Source: Candidatus Latescibacterota bacterium (lineage in GTDB: Bacteria; Latescibacterota; UBA2968; UBA8231). Taken from it: a stretch of 64,000 nucleotides of DNA. The DNA lies in NCBI GenBank assembly GCA_965243025.1, contig CBDETY010000003.1, positions 1,280,001-1,344,000 on the forward strand. Reading direction: 5' to 3'. Shown here piece after piece: positions 1-9,928 of this stretch; positions within the stretch are counted from its first letter, which is position 1; each line of letters starts with the position of its first letter. A program made the position numbers and the translations under genes. The notes beneath the pieces were generated by a model, which worked only from the letters and a program-made list of their open reading frames with translations, did no database searches and was not told the DNA's origin.

Positions 1-968
1 GCTTCGAGGTCCCGTGCGGGAAACCGCGAGGCGGCCTGCCCGGGATGCGGTCGCGGCTTCGAAACGGGAATAGCCAGGGCGAACCAGGCGACGAGGTTCG
101 CCGCGCGGTCGAGGAGTACCGTGGTCAGCAGGACGCTGGCGACCACCGCCGAGGCGATTTCGACGTGACCGGACAGGAAAACTCCGGCACTGGCGAACAG
201 GAGGTCCCGGGCAGGTATGAAGGGAATCCGGGCGACGACTATCTGCACGGCGAGCAGCGAGATCCAGGATTCGAGGGGAACCCCGGGGTCGGCGGACACC
301 CACAACAGCAGCTGCAGGGCGTGAACGAGAATCAGCCTGAGGGCGTGGATGCCGAACACCGCCGTCGCCTGGCCTCGGCCGAGGCTGAGAAACCGGCGGC
401 AGAGGAGGAGCGAGAGGCCCGCGGTGACGGCGACGGCTGCGGCCGCCTCGAACAGGGAGGGCTTCCAGCCAGGCCAGGGCAAGGCGACCGTTCCGGTACC
501 CAGAAGCAGCCCCAGGATGACGGCGGCGAACAGGGTCGAGGCGATGGAGGAGAGAAGGATGTTGTCCTTAAGCGTGCGCAGGATGTCGGCACCCGGAATT
601 GCGGTCCTTCGCCTTGCCCAGACGTAGGCGTACGCCTCTCCGGAATAGTCGAGAACCTGGCTGCTGAATATCCGGCGGCGCACCGCCGCCGGAGCGAGCT
701 GACGTACCGGCAGTCCCCACAGGATCCGGAAGATCCAGACCTCGCACGCCGGAAGGGCAGCGAACATCGCCGCGAAGACGGCGTAGAAGGCGACCGAATC
801 CGGCAGCGACGCGATCACCTCCACAGCGCCGATTTCCAGTACCTGGTAGAGCAGCAGGCACCCCATCGAAAGGGTGAGGAGGATGTTCAGCGGCCGGAGC
901 AACAGCGGCAGACGGCGGCGGAGGGCGTCGATGGAGCTGCGCCAGGAGGTGGTGAACCCGGGAATCAC
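1..968 (-). CDS. Polytopic membrane protein (lysylphosphatidylglycerol-synthase TM/flippase-like), 3' end outside the window
   Basis: My translation of the minus strand is open to the window edge with many hydrophobic helices (LNILLTLSMGCLLLYQV...LDYSGEAYAYVWA...LKDNILLSSIAS). It is absent from the ORF track because there is no stop in the window. Start approximate. Confidence 0.6.
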   Translation of the reverse strand, partial: MIPGFTTSWRSSIDALRRRLPLLLRPLNILLTLSMGCLLLYQVLEIGAVEVIASLPDSVAFYAVFAAMFAALPACEVWIFRILWGLPVRQLAPAAVRRRIFSSQVLDYSGEAYAYVWARRRTAIPGADILRTLKDNILLSSIASTLFAAVILGLLLGTGTVALPWPGWKPSLFEAAAAVAVTAGLSLLLCRRFLSLGRGQATAVFGIHALRLILVHALQLLLWVSADPGVPLESWISLLAVQIVVARIPFIPARDLLFASAGVFLSGHVEIASAVVASVLLTTVLLDRAANLVAWFALAIPVSKPRPHPGQAASRFPARDLE

Positions 969-1754
969 CGTTGCGCCGTTGGCATGGAGGAACCGGGGGA
1001 TCTTTCCGATCCGTATATATCGCCGCCGCGTTGCCGGGTCGTGGCGGGTAGTTGACAATGGCGATTTCGTCACACCCCCCGGGGCGGGGGCGTTCGGGGC
1101 TGCTTCTTCTGCTGGTTCTGTATGACCTGACATGCGCGGCTCACGACCGGAACGCGGAGAGCGTCGGCGGACCGGCGTCGGTGTTCGCGGCAGTGGATCT
1201 CGAGGGAAGCAACCCTGATGTGTACCGGGTTGTGGGCCGCATCGCCGGCGGAGCTCCCGGGGTCTCGACGACTCCGTCATTTGTCTTACCGCGGACGGGG
1301 CGTTGCTGAATCGGAAGCGGGAGGCGGGGCCGATGCGGACTGAGTGGTGGAAACCCGTAATCTTCGATTTCCATACAGACGAAACCGCGGGAGAAAGGTT
1401 CCGCTGCCGCATACTGGAGCTCCCCGTCGCCGGCCGGGCTTGCTGGTTCGCGTTGAGCCTCGGCCTCTACGTACCGAGGATCGAAGCGGCGGTTCTTCCC
1501 CTGGGAATCGCCCGCTGCGACGACCTCTCCTTCTGGTCGGACAACGGCCTGTCGCTGCGGAACGCCGCGGCCATCACCTCCCTGTGCGCCGTCGCCATGC
1601 ACCTCGGGGTCACCGCGGTCATGGGCATCCGCTTCGACGCCTCCGTCCTCATCCTGCTTCCGCTCTGGAATCCCGTGCCGGCGCCGCTCGAAAGAGTGAG
1701 GTCGGCGGGATTCGACCGGGGGCGGCCGCGGGCCGAACCCCAGTCGCAGCCGCC

Positions 1755-2901
1755 TTGCGAATACTGCTGGTAACCCAGGACTACCCCCCGGCGGTCGGGG
1801 GCATTCAGACCTTTGCCCGCGAGCTTGCCTCCAGGCTGGGGGTCCGGTGTACCGGCCTGAGGGTGATGGCCCCGGCCCATCCCGGCGCCGGAACCTTCGA
1901 CAACGGCAGCGGCGTGGCGGCGACGCGAGTCCGCTGCCGCCCGGAGTGGCTCGCCATCGCCCTTCTCCCGGCGCTGGTCCGGCACGCCGTCTTCCGGCGC
2001 GCCGACGTCGCCGTCCACATGCAGTGGCAGGTCGCAGTCCCTTCGCTGCTGATCCGGGCCATCTGCGGGCGCCCCGGGGGGATCGTGGTCATGGCGCATG
2101 GGAGGGAGCTTCTCCACGATCCGGTCCCCGGCAGGGTCGCCGGGAGGATCTACGGGCTGCTGCGCCGCTGGACCCTGAAGAACAGCGACCGTCTCTGCGC
2201 CAACAGCAGGTTCACCGCCGGGCTCCTCGAAGCCGGGGGAGCGGCGGCAGGGCGCATCGCCGTCGTCGGCTGCGGCACCGATCCCGACCGCTACCGTCCG
2301 GGGGACCGCGGCGCGCCGGCGCCTCAATCTCCCGGGCGGGCGCATCCTCTTCACCCTCTGCCGGCTGACCCCCCACAAGGGAATCGATACCGCCATCCGA
2401 GCCGTGGCCGGGCTAGGGGATTTCGGGACCTCCTCTGTCTGGTGGGGGGAACCGGGCGGGACCGTGAACGTCTGGCAACCCTGGCGGGGAAACTCGGAGT
2501 GGGGGAGCGGGTGCGCTTCCTCGGCGAGGTCGAAGAGGAGGAGTTGGCGGACTACTACAGGGCCTGCGACCTGTTCGCGATGCTGTCGAGGAGGGACGGA
2601 GCGGACGTCGAAGGCCTGGGGATCGCCTTTCTCGACGCCGCGGCCTGCGGCAGACCGGTGCTGGGCACCCTGTCGGGAGGAATTCCGGACGCCGTCGAGC
2701 ACGGCCGCACCGGTCTCCTCGTCGAACCCGGAAACGCAGATGCGGCAGCGGCGGCCATGCGCAGGCTGCTGAACGATCGCGGCTGCGCGGACCGGCTCGG
2801 CCGGCAGGGCAGGTCGAGGGTGGAGGAGAGTTTCACCTGGGAACTGGTCTGCCGGCGGGTGCACGGGTACTGGTGGAAGCAACCGAATCGCAACCGGTAT
2901 G
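1755..2901 (+). pseudogene. GT4-family glycosyltransferase with frameshifts
   Basis: RILLVTQDYPPAVGGIQ N-terminus and EGLGIAFLDAAACGRPV motif. The expected segment RILFTLCRLTPHKGIDTAIRAV lies in another frame (~2310-2425), and the stop is shifted near 2870. Confidence 0.7.
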
Positions 2902-3183
2902 ACTCATTTACAGCTGGATGCTGCCGGAACCCGTTCCGCTCTCGGCTGTCACACAACGTTGACGAGTTCGAAGCCGTATTCCCGGCTCGTGGTGCTGAAC
3001 CGCATGGTGTCGAAAGTGCGGCGCATTCCCGGCATGGAATACCGGTCCCTCGCCGACGGCGTCAAACGCCGCACCGGAAGCGTCAACGACGCGGTCGAAC
3101 GCTTCAAGGAGGAGCTGTGCTCCCTCGCCCGGCACCGGGGATGCGACGCCATCCTCGCCGGGGCTGGCTTGAAACGAATATGA
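2899..3183 (+). pseudogene. Fragment resembling the C-terminal part of a UDP-2,3-diacylglucosamine diphosphatase-like metallophosphoesterase
   Basis: YSRLVVLNRMVSKVRR..GMEYRSLADGVKRR...FKEEL..LARHRGCDAI resembles that family. The N-terminal metal-binding motifs are absent. Confidence 0.45.
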
Positions 3184-4361
3184 AGATCGCCCTGTTCACC
3201 GAGACCTTTCTGCCGAAGATCGACGGTGTGGTCAACACCCTCTGCCAGCTCCTGCGGCATCTGGAAAGACGCGGGCACGAGGCGGTCGTCGTCGCCCCGG
3301 GGAAGGGCCCGGAAACATTCGCTTCCGCCAGGGTGATCTACCACCGGGGAGCCGGACTTCCGATGTACCCCGAACTGCGGGTTGTCTCCCCCTTCACCGA
3401 TGTCGGTGCATCCCTGCGCGGTTTCAGGCCCGATCTCGTACACGTGGCCAACCCGGTCTTCCTCGGCGTAGCCGGAACGAGGTGGGCGGAGAGGTCGGGT
3501 TTTCCCGTCATCGCCTCGTATCACACCGACGTGCCGGGGTACGCCCGCACCTACGGATTCCCCGCCCTGGCCCGTCCTCTGTGGGGCTACCTGCGATGGG
3601 TTCACGACAAGGCGAGGCTGAACCTGTGTCCCTCCAGGGCGACCCTGGCCGAGCTCGAGTCGCGGGGTTTCTCCAATCTCAAGCTCTGGACGCGGGGGGT
3701 CGACGCGGACCGCTTCTCCCCGGACAAGGCCTCGCAGGAATGGCGCCACCGCCTGACGGGCGGCGATCCGCAGGCGCCGCTGCTGCTGTACGTCGGCAGA
3801 CTGGCACCCGAGAAGCGCGTGGACTGGCTGCGCCCCTTGCTGGAAGAACTTCCCGGAGCCCGGATGGCCATCGTCGGCGGAGGCCCGTCCCGCGGGGAGC
3901 TCGAGCGGCTCTTTGCTGGCACGGCCACGGTGTTCGCCGGATACCTGCAGGGGGAGGACCTCGCCGGCGCCTACGCCAGCGCCGACATCTTCGCTTTTCC
4001 TTCGGCCAGCGAGACCTTCGGCAACGTCGTTCTCGAAGCCGCCGCCTCCGGGCTTCCGGCCGTGGCTCCGAGAGCCGGGGGGGTCGTCGACATCGTCCGC
4101 GACGGCGAAACCGGTTTCCTGTTCGAAGCGCACAGCCGCAAGGCGTTCAGCGACAGCGTTCGCCGACTGGTGCACGACCTCGGGAAACGCCGGGAGATGT
4201 CGGCGAAGGCGCGCTCGCTGGCGGAGGGACGCAGCTGGGAAGCGGTGCTGGACGGTCTGCTCGAGGAGTACCACCGGGTCGCCGGTTTCCCGCCGCGGAG
4301 ATCCCGGACAGCGGCCCGCTCCGGGAACGAGTTTGGTCTGTTGGCGGCCGGCCCGCGGTGA
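3180..4361 (+). CDS. GT4-family glycosyltransferase (glycolipid synthase-like)
   Basis: MKIALFTETFLPKIDGVVNTL, YVGRLAPEK and ETFGNVVLEAAASGLP motifs. Confidence 0.9.
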   Translation: MKIALFTETFLPKIDGVVNTLCQLLRHLERRGHEAVVVAPGKGPETFASARVIYHRGAGLPMYPELRVVSPFTDVGASLRGFRPDLVHVANPVFLGVAGTRWAERSGFPVIASYHTDVPGYARTYGFPALARPLWGYLRWVHDKARLNLCPSRATLAELESRGFSNLKLWTRGVDADRFSPDKASQEWRHRLTGGDPQAPLLLYVGRLAPEKRVDWLRPLLEELPGARMAIVGGGPSRGELERLFAGTATVFAGYLQGEDLAGAYASADIFAFPSASETFGNVVLEAAASGLPAVAPRAGGVVDIVRDGETGFLFEAHSRKAFSDSVRRLVHDLGKRREMSAKARSLAEGRSWEAVLDGLLEEYHRVAGFPPRRSRTAARSGNEFGLLAAGPR

Positions 4362-4777
4362 GAACGGCAGGCCGTGGGAGCGCATGCGCTGCCCGCCCTG
4401 CCGGCGACCTCGCCGGGTTCCCGGCCGTCTTCGGACTGTCGGGATCCATCGAGGCGGCGCCAGCGGGTGCGACACCTGGAAATCGGCAATGCCGTACCCG
4501 AGGTCGCCATCCCCGCGCCAAGCGGGGATGCCCCGGCGATCGAGGTGAGGACATACAACCTCGACCACCTGTGCCGGGGAAACGACAACGATGTGGCGGC
4601 GGCTGGCTGGTCCTGTCCAGGCAGCACGAAGGAGCTGTCCCCCCGGGTCGACCCGGCAAAGCGAAGGCCGCTGCCCGGAACGAGGCATGGCCCCGGACAG
4701 AGAGTGGAGACCCGGAATCTTCCTCCATTCGAATTCAGGTCCAAAGCAGTCGGAGCTCAGCGACAACGGAATCCGGC

Positions 4778-5530
4778 CTACGACACTCGCTTTCCCCCCC
4801 GCAGCACCGGCAGGCGATCCCCCCAGGGCTCGCCGGTGCGCACCAGGATCAGGTCGGGCACGTGGTACTGGGGAACGTAGGCCCGCCGCGGCCGGTCCCT
4901 GGAGGTATTGGGGCCGCTGCGATGCAGCAGCAGCGAGGAGAAGACGGCCACCTGTCCGGCGCGCATCTCCACGGGAATGGCCCCGTCGTCCTCTACCTGG
5001 GCCTTTTTTCCGGCATAGCGATGCTCGTCCTCCTCTTCGGGTACATGCTCCAGCACACCGCGCCTGTGAGATCCGGGAATGACCCATATGCAGCCGTTCT
5101 CCAGGTCGGAGTCGGAGATCGCCGTCCAGCAGGTGATGTACTCCAGCGGCTCGGTGGTCGTATATCCCGAGTCCTGGTGCCAGTCGAAAACCTTGCCGCG
5201 GCCTTCCGGCATCTTCGTCGTCGCCTGGTTGTAGTAGAGATCGGCATCCTCCCCGATGAGTAGACGGCAGGCTTCCAGGTATATCGGCTTCCTGAGGAAA
5301 TCGAGCGCCACCGGGCTCAAGGTGTGGAACTGGCTGAAGGCGCGCCTCCCGCGGGCGCTTTCCACCGCCTCGGTGTCGCCGCCGGCCTCGACCTCGCGCA
5401 CGTGCCCGGCGTATACCCGGTCCATCTCCGCCGCCATCCGCTGGAGCTCTTCCCCAGAGAAAACCACGCCGGTGACGAAATAACCCAGGTCGCGAAACTG
5501 CTGCACCTCTTCAGTGCTGATCAGTGTCAT
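4778..5530 (-). CDS. Phytanoyl-CoA dioxygenase (PhyH) family protein
   Basis: WHQDSGY HxD motif, ENGCIWVIPGSH and LLHRSGPN. Start taken at MTLISTEE. Confidence 0.88.
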   Translation of the reverse strand: MTLISTEEVQQFRDLGYFVTGVVFSGEELQRMAAEMDRVYAGHVREVEAGGDTEAVESARGRRAFSQFHTLSPVALDFLRKPIYLEACRLLIGEDADLYYNQATTKMPEGRGKVFDWHQDSGYTTTEPLEYITCWTAISDSDLENGCIWVIPGSHRRGVLEHVPEEEDEHRYAGKKAQVEDDGAIPVEMRAGQVAVFSSLLLHRSGPNTSRDRPRRAYVPQYHVPDLILVRTGEPWGDRLPVLRGGKRVS

Positions 5531-5895
5531 GGAGACCCACCTGTTCGGAGGCCCTGCCGGCGATCTGCCGCCAGGGTGCCGGGAGGAGAAGCGGTCAGCC
5601 GTCCGCCTCCGGAAGGTGAAGGAAAAACCCCTCGAGGGGGACGGCCAGCACCCACGGCAGACCGGGGATGCACAGACCTGCCGATGGCACCGCAAGCCAC
5701 TGCAGCGATGCCTGGCCGCGCCGGTGCCGCCCATCCCGGGAACTCTCGGTCCGGCCCACATCCGGAACAGGGAATACAGGGCGGCCACCGCAGCGGTCAG
5801 GTTGGGGTCCCGGGGCCGGGGTGTCAAGATTCCGGCGCGGCCGGCACCGGTTCCCGGGACTCGCGGTCAACGCTTGCGAGCAGGGCCCGCACATG

Positions 5896-5933
5896 AAAAA
5901 AGGCCTGTCCCGGTATGAAGCCCGGGACAGGCC
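5896..5933 (-). terminator. Rho-independent terminator
   Basis: GGCCTGTCCCGG...CCGGGACAGGCC stem followed on the minus strand by T6, downstream of the 6101-8089 gene. Confidence 0.7.
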
Positions 5934-6100
5934 GTACCGGATTCCTCCTTGAGGGGAGGACCCTCCGGGGAAGGAGAGGAATTGAGGCGGAGTCAGGGGA
6001 TTGTGACGATTTTGTGCCGCCAGGGGACCTGCGCATCCCTGAGAGCGCAAGGGTGGCTGCCAATCGTGACCGATCGCAGCGAGGAGCGGAAGCCGACCCT

Positions 6101-8089
6101 TCAATAGACCAGCGGAAACGGGGCCAGGGCGGTATCGGTCCCCGAGTCCGCCTCCACGGCCAGGCGCAGCAGGTACAGGCCCGGAGGCAGGAGTTCTCCG
6201 CCGGTTCGGCCGTCCCAGGAAGCAGAGAACCGGCCGCTGCCCCAGCCGGCCGTTTCCAGGATGGCGACCTGCCGGCCCGTCAGGTCCAGCACATCGAGGA
6301 CCACCGGTACCTTCCCGCCCAGATTCACCAGTTCGTAGCTGACTTCGAGAGTCTCGTTGACGCCGTCTCCGTCCGGGGTGATTGCCGAGACGGCGAGTTT
6401 CTGGATCGAACGGGCTTCCAGGTTCGGCGCCCTGACAGTCAGGCCGCGTCCATCCGTACGTGGATCGACGTCTCCCGGAGCGATCCGATGGCGGACCTCC
6501 TCCGGCCGGGTGCTGTCGAACGCCCTGCCGGAGAACAGGGTGGATGCCTGGAAGACCTCCGCCCGGAAGTCGATCTCGATCGGTTCACCGGAGAGCTGTA
6601 TGTCGATGAAGGGAAGACGTACGACTGTGTAGCGCCCGTTCCAGGGTTCCACCTCGTACTCGTCGTTGCCGAGAGTTCTCGCTCCGATTCTCACCCCATC
6701 GAAATAAGGGGCGGCCGGGGTATCGATCTGAATGCTGTCGAAGCCGGAGTCCTCTTCAGAAACGACGGCAAACAGTTTGTAGGTGAAGGAAGTCACCTCC
6801 CCGAGGCGGGTTTCGGGTGGGTTGATTTCGGCGATGAGGAGCGAAGCTATCGGGGGTTGAGTGATGTGGAACTGGATGTAGTCCAGTCTGCTGCCGGCGT
6901 TGCCGGTCGAGCTGAATTCGACGGCAAACTGAGCGAACCGGTGTGGCCGGGTGGCGGTGAGATCCAGCCCGCCCGAAGCAAGCTCCGAGGGAGCGGTCCA
7001 GAAATCCCAGTTCTCGCTGTCCGGGGTGATTCCCGCCGCCTCCCCTCCTTCGAGCCGGTGGTAGGAGCGGCGCGTCAATTCCTCCCCGTCCGCACCGAAA
7101 CGCGATTTCCGATCTCCTTTGAAAGTGTTGCGCCAGTATTGGTTGGGGTCTTCGTCGCCGCCGCTGCGGGCGCTGACCCTGACGCTGGCCCCGGGAGATG
7201 CGTCTCCGCTCCAGGACAACTCCTCGAGGCTTGCGCGGCCGCCCAGGTCGACTATTCCCGAGATGAAACCGGCTTCCGGGACGTACCCGTCGCCGTAGAT
7301 CTCGAACTCGGCGATCTCCCACAGCTCCAACGGGGCGGCGAACACGACCGCCTGAACGGGGCGATCGACGGTCAGGTCGAACTCCGACCTCGTATTCTCG
7401 AAATCCTCGTGCAGGACGTCGAACTCGAGATGCCCGACCTGAAGCGGGAGTTCCCGCGTGGACCCGCCGAACTTGAACCGGTTCAACAGTCGCGGGATCC
7501 ACCCCGGGCGTACGGGATCGCCGCCCGCCACACCCAATGTCAGCTCGGGTATGAAGCGGTCGAGAGCGTGATCCGGCCGGGTACCGAAACGGATGCGGCT
7601 GATGTTGTAGGGATTGCCGAGATTGAAGACGAGGATCTTGTAGTCGACATCGCAGTCGCAGCCGGGATCGTACAGGGCCAGGGCGTTGTAGCTGCCCGAT
7701 TGCCCCTCTGACGACCTCTTGCCCGCTGAGCCTTCGTACACAGTCGCGGGATCGCCATCGAGCAGATTGTCAATCTGGGGTTCGTTCTGCAGACGTCCCG
7801 CCGTGGTGGAAACGCGGACCGAACCGCCTTTGTCCCGTATCGAGGGGGTCAGGTTTTCCTCGGGGGAGGCGAAAACCGGGGCGATGGCGCCGTTTTCGAA
7901 AACGATCAGTCGGGTGGAACCGAAATCACCCGCGGCCGCTTCCTCCCAGGTCAGCTGAACCAGTCTGGCGTCCTTCGGGGCAGGCAGCCCCTGCCCGCCG
8001 ATGCGGACAATCGTCAGGGCCCCTGGTTCCCGGGATGCCGAAATGCAGACCGAGAGTGCGGCGACGACTGCAATTCCCCGGTGTTTCAA
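6101..8089 (-). CDS. Secreted protein with C-terminal FlgD-like Ig domain
   Basis: Signal-like N-terminus (KHRGIAVVAALSVCISA) and C-terminal ITPDGDGVNE...WDGRTGGELLPPGLYLLRL. Start approximate. Confidence 0.75.
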   Translation of the reverse strand: MKHRGIAVVAALSVCISASREPGALTIVRIGGQGLPAPKDARLVQLTWEEAAAGDFGSTRLIVFENGAIAPVFASPEENLTPSIRDKGGSVRVSTTAGRLQNEPQIDNLLDGDPATVYEGSAGKRSSEGQSGSYNALALYDPGCDCDVDYKILVFNLGNPYNISRIRFGTRPDHALDRFIPELTLGVAGGDPVRPGWIPRLLNRFKFGGSTRELPLQVGHLEFDVLHEDFENTRSEFDLTVDRPVQAVVFAAPLELWEIAEFEIYGDGYVPEAGFISGIVDLGGRASLEELSWSGDASPGASVRVSARSGGDEDPNQYWRNTFKGDRKSRFGADGEELTRRSYHRLEGGEAAGITPDSENWDFWTAPSELASGGLDLTATRPHRFAQFAVEFSSTGNAGSRLDYIQFHITQPPIASLLIAEINPPETRLGEVTSFTYKLFAVVSEEDSGFDSIQIDTPAAPYFDGVRIGARTLGNDEYEVEPWNGRYTVVRLPFIDIQLSGEPIEIDFRAEVFQASTLFSGRAFDSTRPEEVRHRIAPGDVDPRTDGRGLTVRAPNLEARSIQKLAVSAITPDGDGVNETLEVSYELVNLGGKVPVVLDVLDLTGRQVAILETAGWGSGRFSASWDGRTGGELLPPGLYLLRLAVEADSGTDTALAPFPLVY

Positions 8090-8172
8090 TCTCACCTCGC
8101 ACGTTTCGGGAAAACCCCGTGTGCACAGCACCCTTGCAGGTGCGGGGTACCCGGTGGCTGCCGGTCCGGATG

Positions 8173-9918
8173 CTATTCGTACAGTTCGACCGCCGTCTCC
8201 CCGCGGGCAAAGCGCTGTGCCGTTTGCGCCGCCGACTGCGAGCCGATGCTGCGGCGGGTATCGGTTGCCCACCGGGCCAGACCGACCAGGAGTTGCCCCC
8301 GGGCCGGATGCCCCGCGCAGTGTTCCCACTCGTCGAACACGGAGCGCAGGGTGTTGAGCAGCGACCAGCCGTTGTCGTCCTTGAGAATGGTCAGGCCCAG
8401 TTCGGACAGAAGCCGGTCCCCCGAAAACCCGCTGTTGAGGTAGTCGCGGGTCATGCGGCCTATCTCGCGAATCCGGATCGACTCGACCGCCTCGAGGATG
8501 TCCCGCAGCGCACCTTCGCCCGCGGCGCTCTCTCCCCGTACCTGTGGGGACAGGCGTCCGGGGAGGTCGGTGAGTTTCCTGGTCGAGATGTTGAGCCAGC
8601 GGTCGTCGAAGAAGCGCCAGGCGGCGTGATAGCAGGCGCGGGCGGCAACGGCAAACCCGGCCTGTTTCTCCACCGCCCGGAGGTTCGAACCCAGAGCCAG
8701 TTCCCAGCCCAGATCGTGCCAGCCAGGGCTCATTCCGACGGGAGTGCGCGCCATGCGGTCAGCCGCCAGCAGCACCATGGTGGTGGCGATCTGTCCGATC
8801 GACGCTCCCTGCCGCAAGGATTCGGAAACGGCCCCGAAGGTCGTGGCGATGTCGCCGCTGACGAGGGCTTCGGTCAAACCGTTTTCGTCGTATTTCCCAC
8901 TCTGTCCCCGGTTCGCCGAAGCCTCCTCGATCACGGCTTCGGCATCGGTGAACAGGTCCATGGCCTCGCGCAGCACGTCCATCGGAACCGGCCGGCCGCG
9001 GCCCAGCATCTTTCCGGCGAGGTTGCAGACCAGCTCCTCGCTCAGGTCCCATCCGAACTCGTCGAGCAGCTCGGCGAGATGGACCAGGTTCCTCAGGTTG
9101 TCCTGTTGGCCCAGGAAGTGGGGCTGAACCGCGCACTCCAGAAGCAGGGGGACGATGTCGCCGTCGCGGTCCCCCAGGCGGCGGGCGGTTATCAGGCACT
9201 TTTCGATCCCCTCCGACATCTTGTCGGCGGCGAAGTAGCGTACCCATCCTGCGAGCCTGGGCCAGTCGACGGGCGGGGGCAGCGGTTCCACCGGGGGGCG
9301 GTCCCCGGCGGTTCCCGCCGCGGCCGAGGCCGCCATCATCAGCGGGATCAGGCGGTCCTCCGGCTGGTAGCGCCGCGCCAGGTTCAACCCGTTGACGAAC
9401 TGGGCGACGTCGTGGCCCCCGTTCTCGTGCCGGTGCGTGGCGATGTGCCTGCCCATGTGGCGGACGATCGACTCCAGGGTTTCCCTCTCCGAAACCCCCT
9501 TTGCCAGCAGAATGGCGATCGCCTTCGAAAGCGTCCAGCTGTCGCCGTTGTTGAGCCCCTCCTGCAGCAGCAGGAAATGGGCGTCGTGGCGTTTCGAGCC
9601 GCCGCTCGCCACGTCGACGAAAACGCCCCCGTCCCGCACCCGGACCGGAAAGGTATCGAGATCGTCGCAGCCTCCGGTAAAGCAGCCGCCGCCGGCCATG
9701 TCGTAGCTGTACCCGTGCCAGTCGCAGGTGAGGACGCCGCCGCGGACTATCCCCCTGGTGAGGGGGTATCCCATGTGGGGGCACTGGTTGTCCGTCGCAT
9801 ACAGTTCGCCGTCGTGGAGGAACAGGGCGACGCTGTGGCCTTCCACGCGCACTGCTTTCGGCTTTCCCTCCTCGACCTCGGCGAGGTCGGCGACCCGCAC
9901 GAAGCTGTCCGTCGTCAT
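8173..9918 (-). CDS. Rieske [2Fe-2S] domain protein with long helical C-terminal region (paralog 2)
   Basis: CPHMG...CDWHG Rieske ligands. Start MTTDSF follows a GGAG RBS. Confidence 0.85.
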   Translation of the reverse strand: MTTDSFVRVADLAEVEEGKPKAVRVEGHSVALFLHDGELYATDNQCPHMGYPLTRGIVRGGVLTCDWHGYSYDMAGGGCFTGGCDDLDTFPVRVRDGGVFVDVASGGSKRHDAHFLLLQEGLNNGDSWTLSKAIAILLAKGVSERETLESIVRHMGRHIATHRHENGGHDVAQFVNGLNLARRYQPEDRLIPLMMAASAAAGTAGDRPPVEPLPPPVDWPRLAGWVRYFAADKMSEGIEKCLITARRLGDRDGDIVPLLLECAVQPHFLGQQDNLRNLVHLAELLDEFGWDLSEELVCNLAGKMLGRGRPVPMDVLREAMDLFTDAEAVIEEASANRGQSGKYDENGLTEALVSGDIATTFGAVSESLRQGASIGQIATTMVLLAADRMARTPVGMSPGWHDLGWELALGSNLRAVEKQAGFAVAARACYHAAWRFFDDRWLNISTRKLTDLPGRLSPQVRGESAAGEGALRDILEAVESIRIREIGRMTRDYLNSGFSGDRLLSELGLTILKDDNGWSLLNTLRSVFDEWEHCAGHPARGQLLVGLARWATDTRRSIGSQSAAQTAQRFARGETAVELYE

Positions 9919-9928
9919 GGTCTCCCCT

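Noticed and set aside
1344-4361. 1005-aa double glycosyltransferase fusion in the ORF track
   Set aside because: Produced by frameshifts and read-through. The second GT has its own ATG at 3180 and the linker is coding in another frame.
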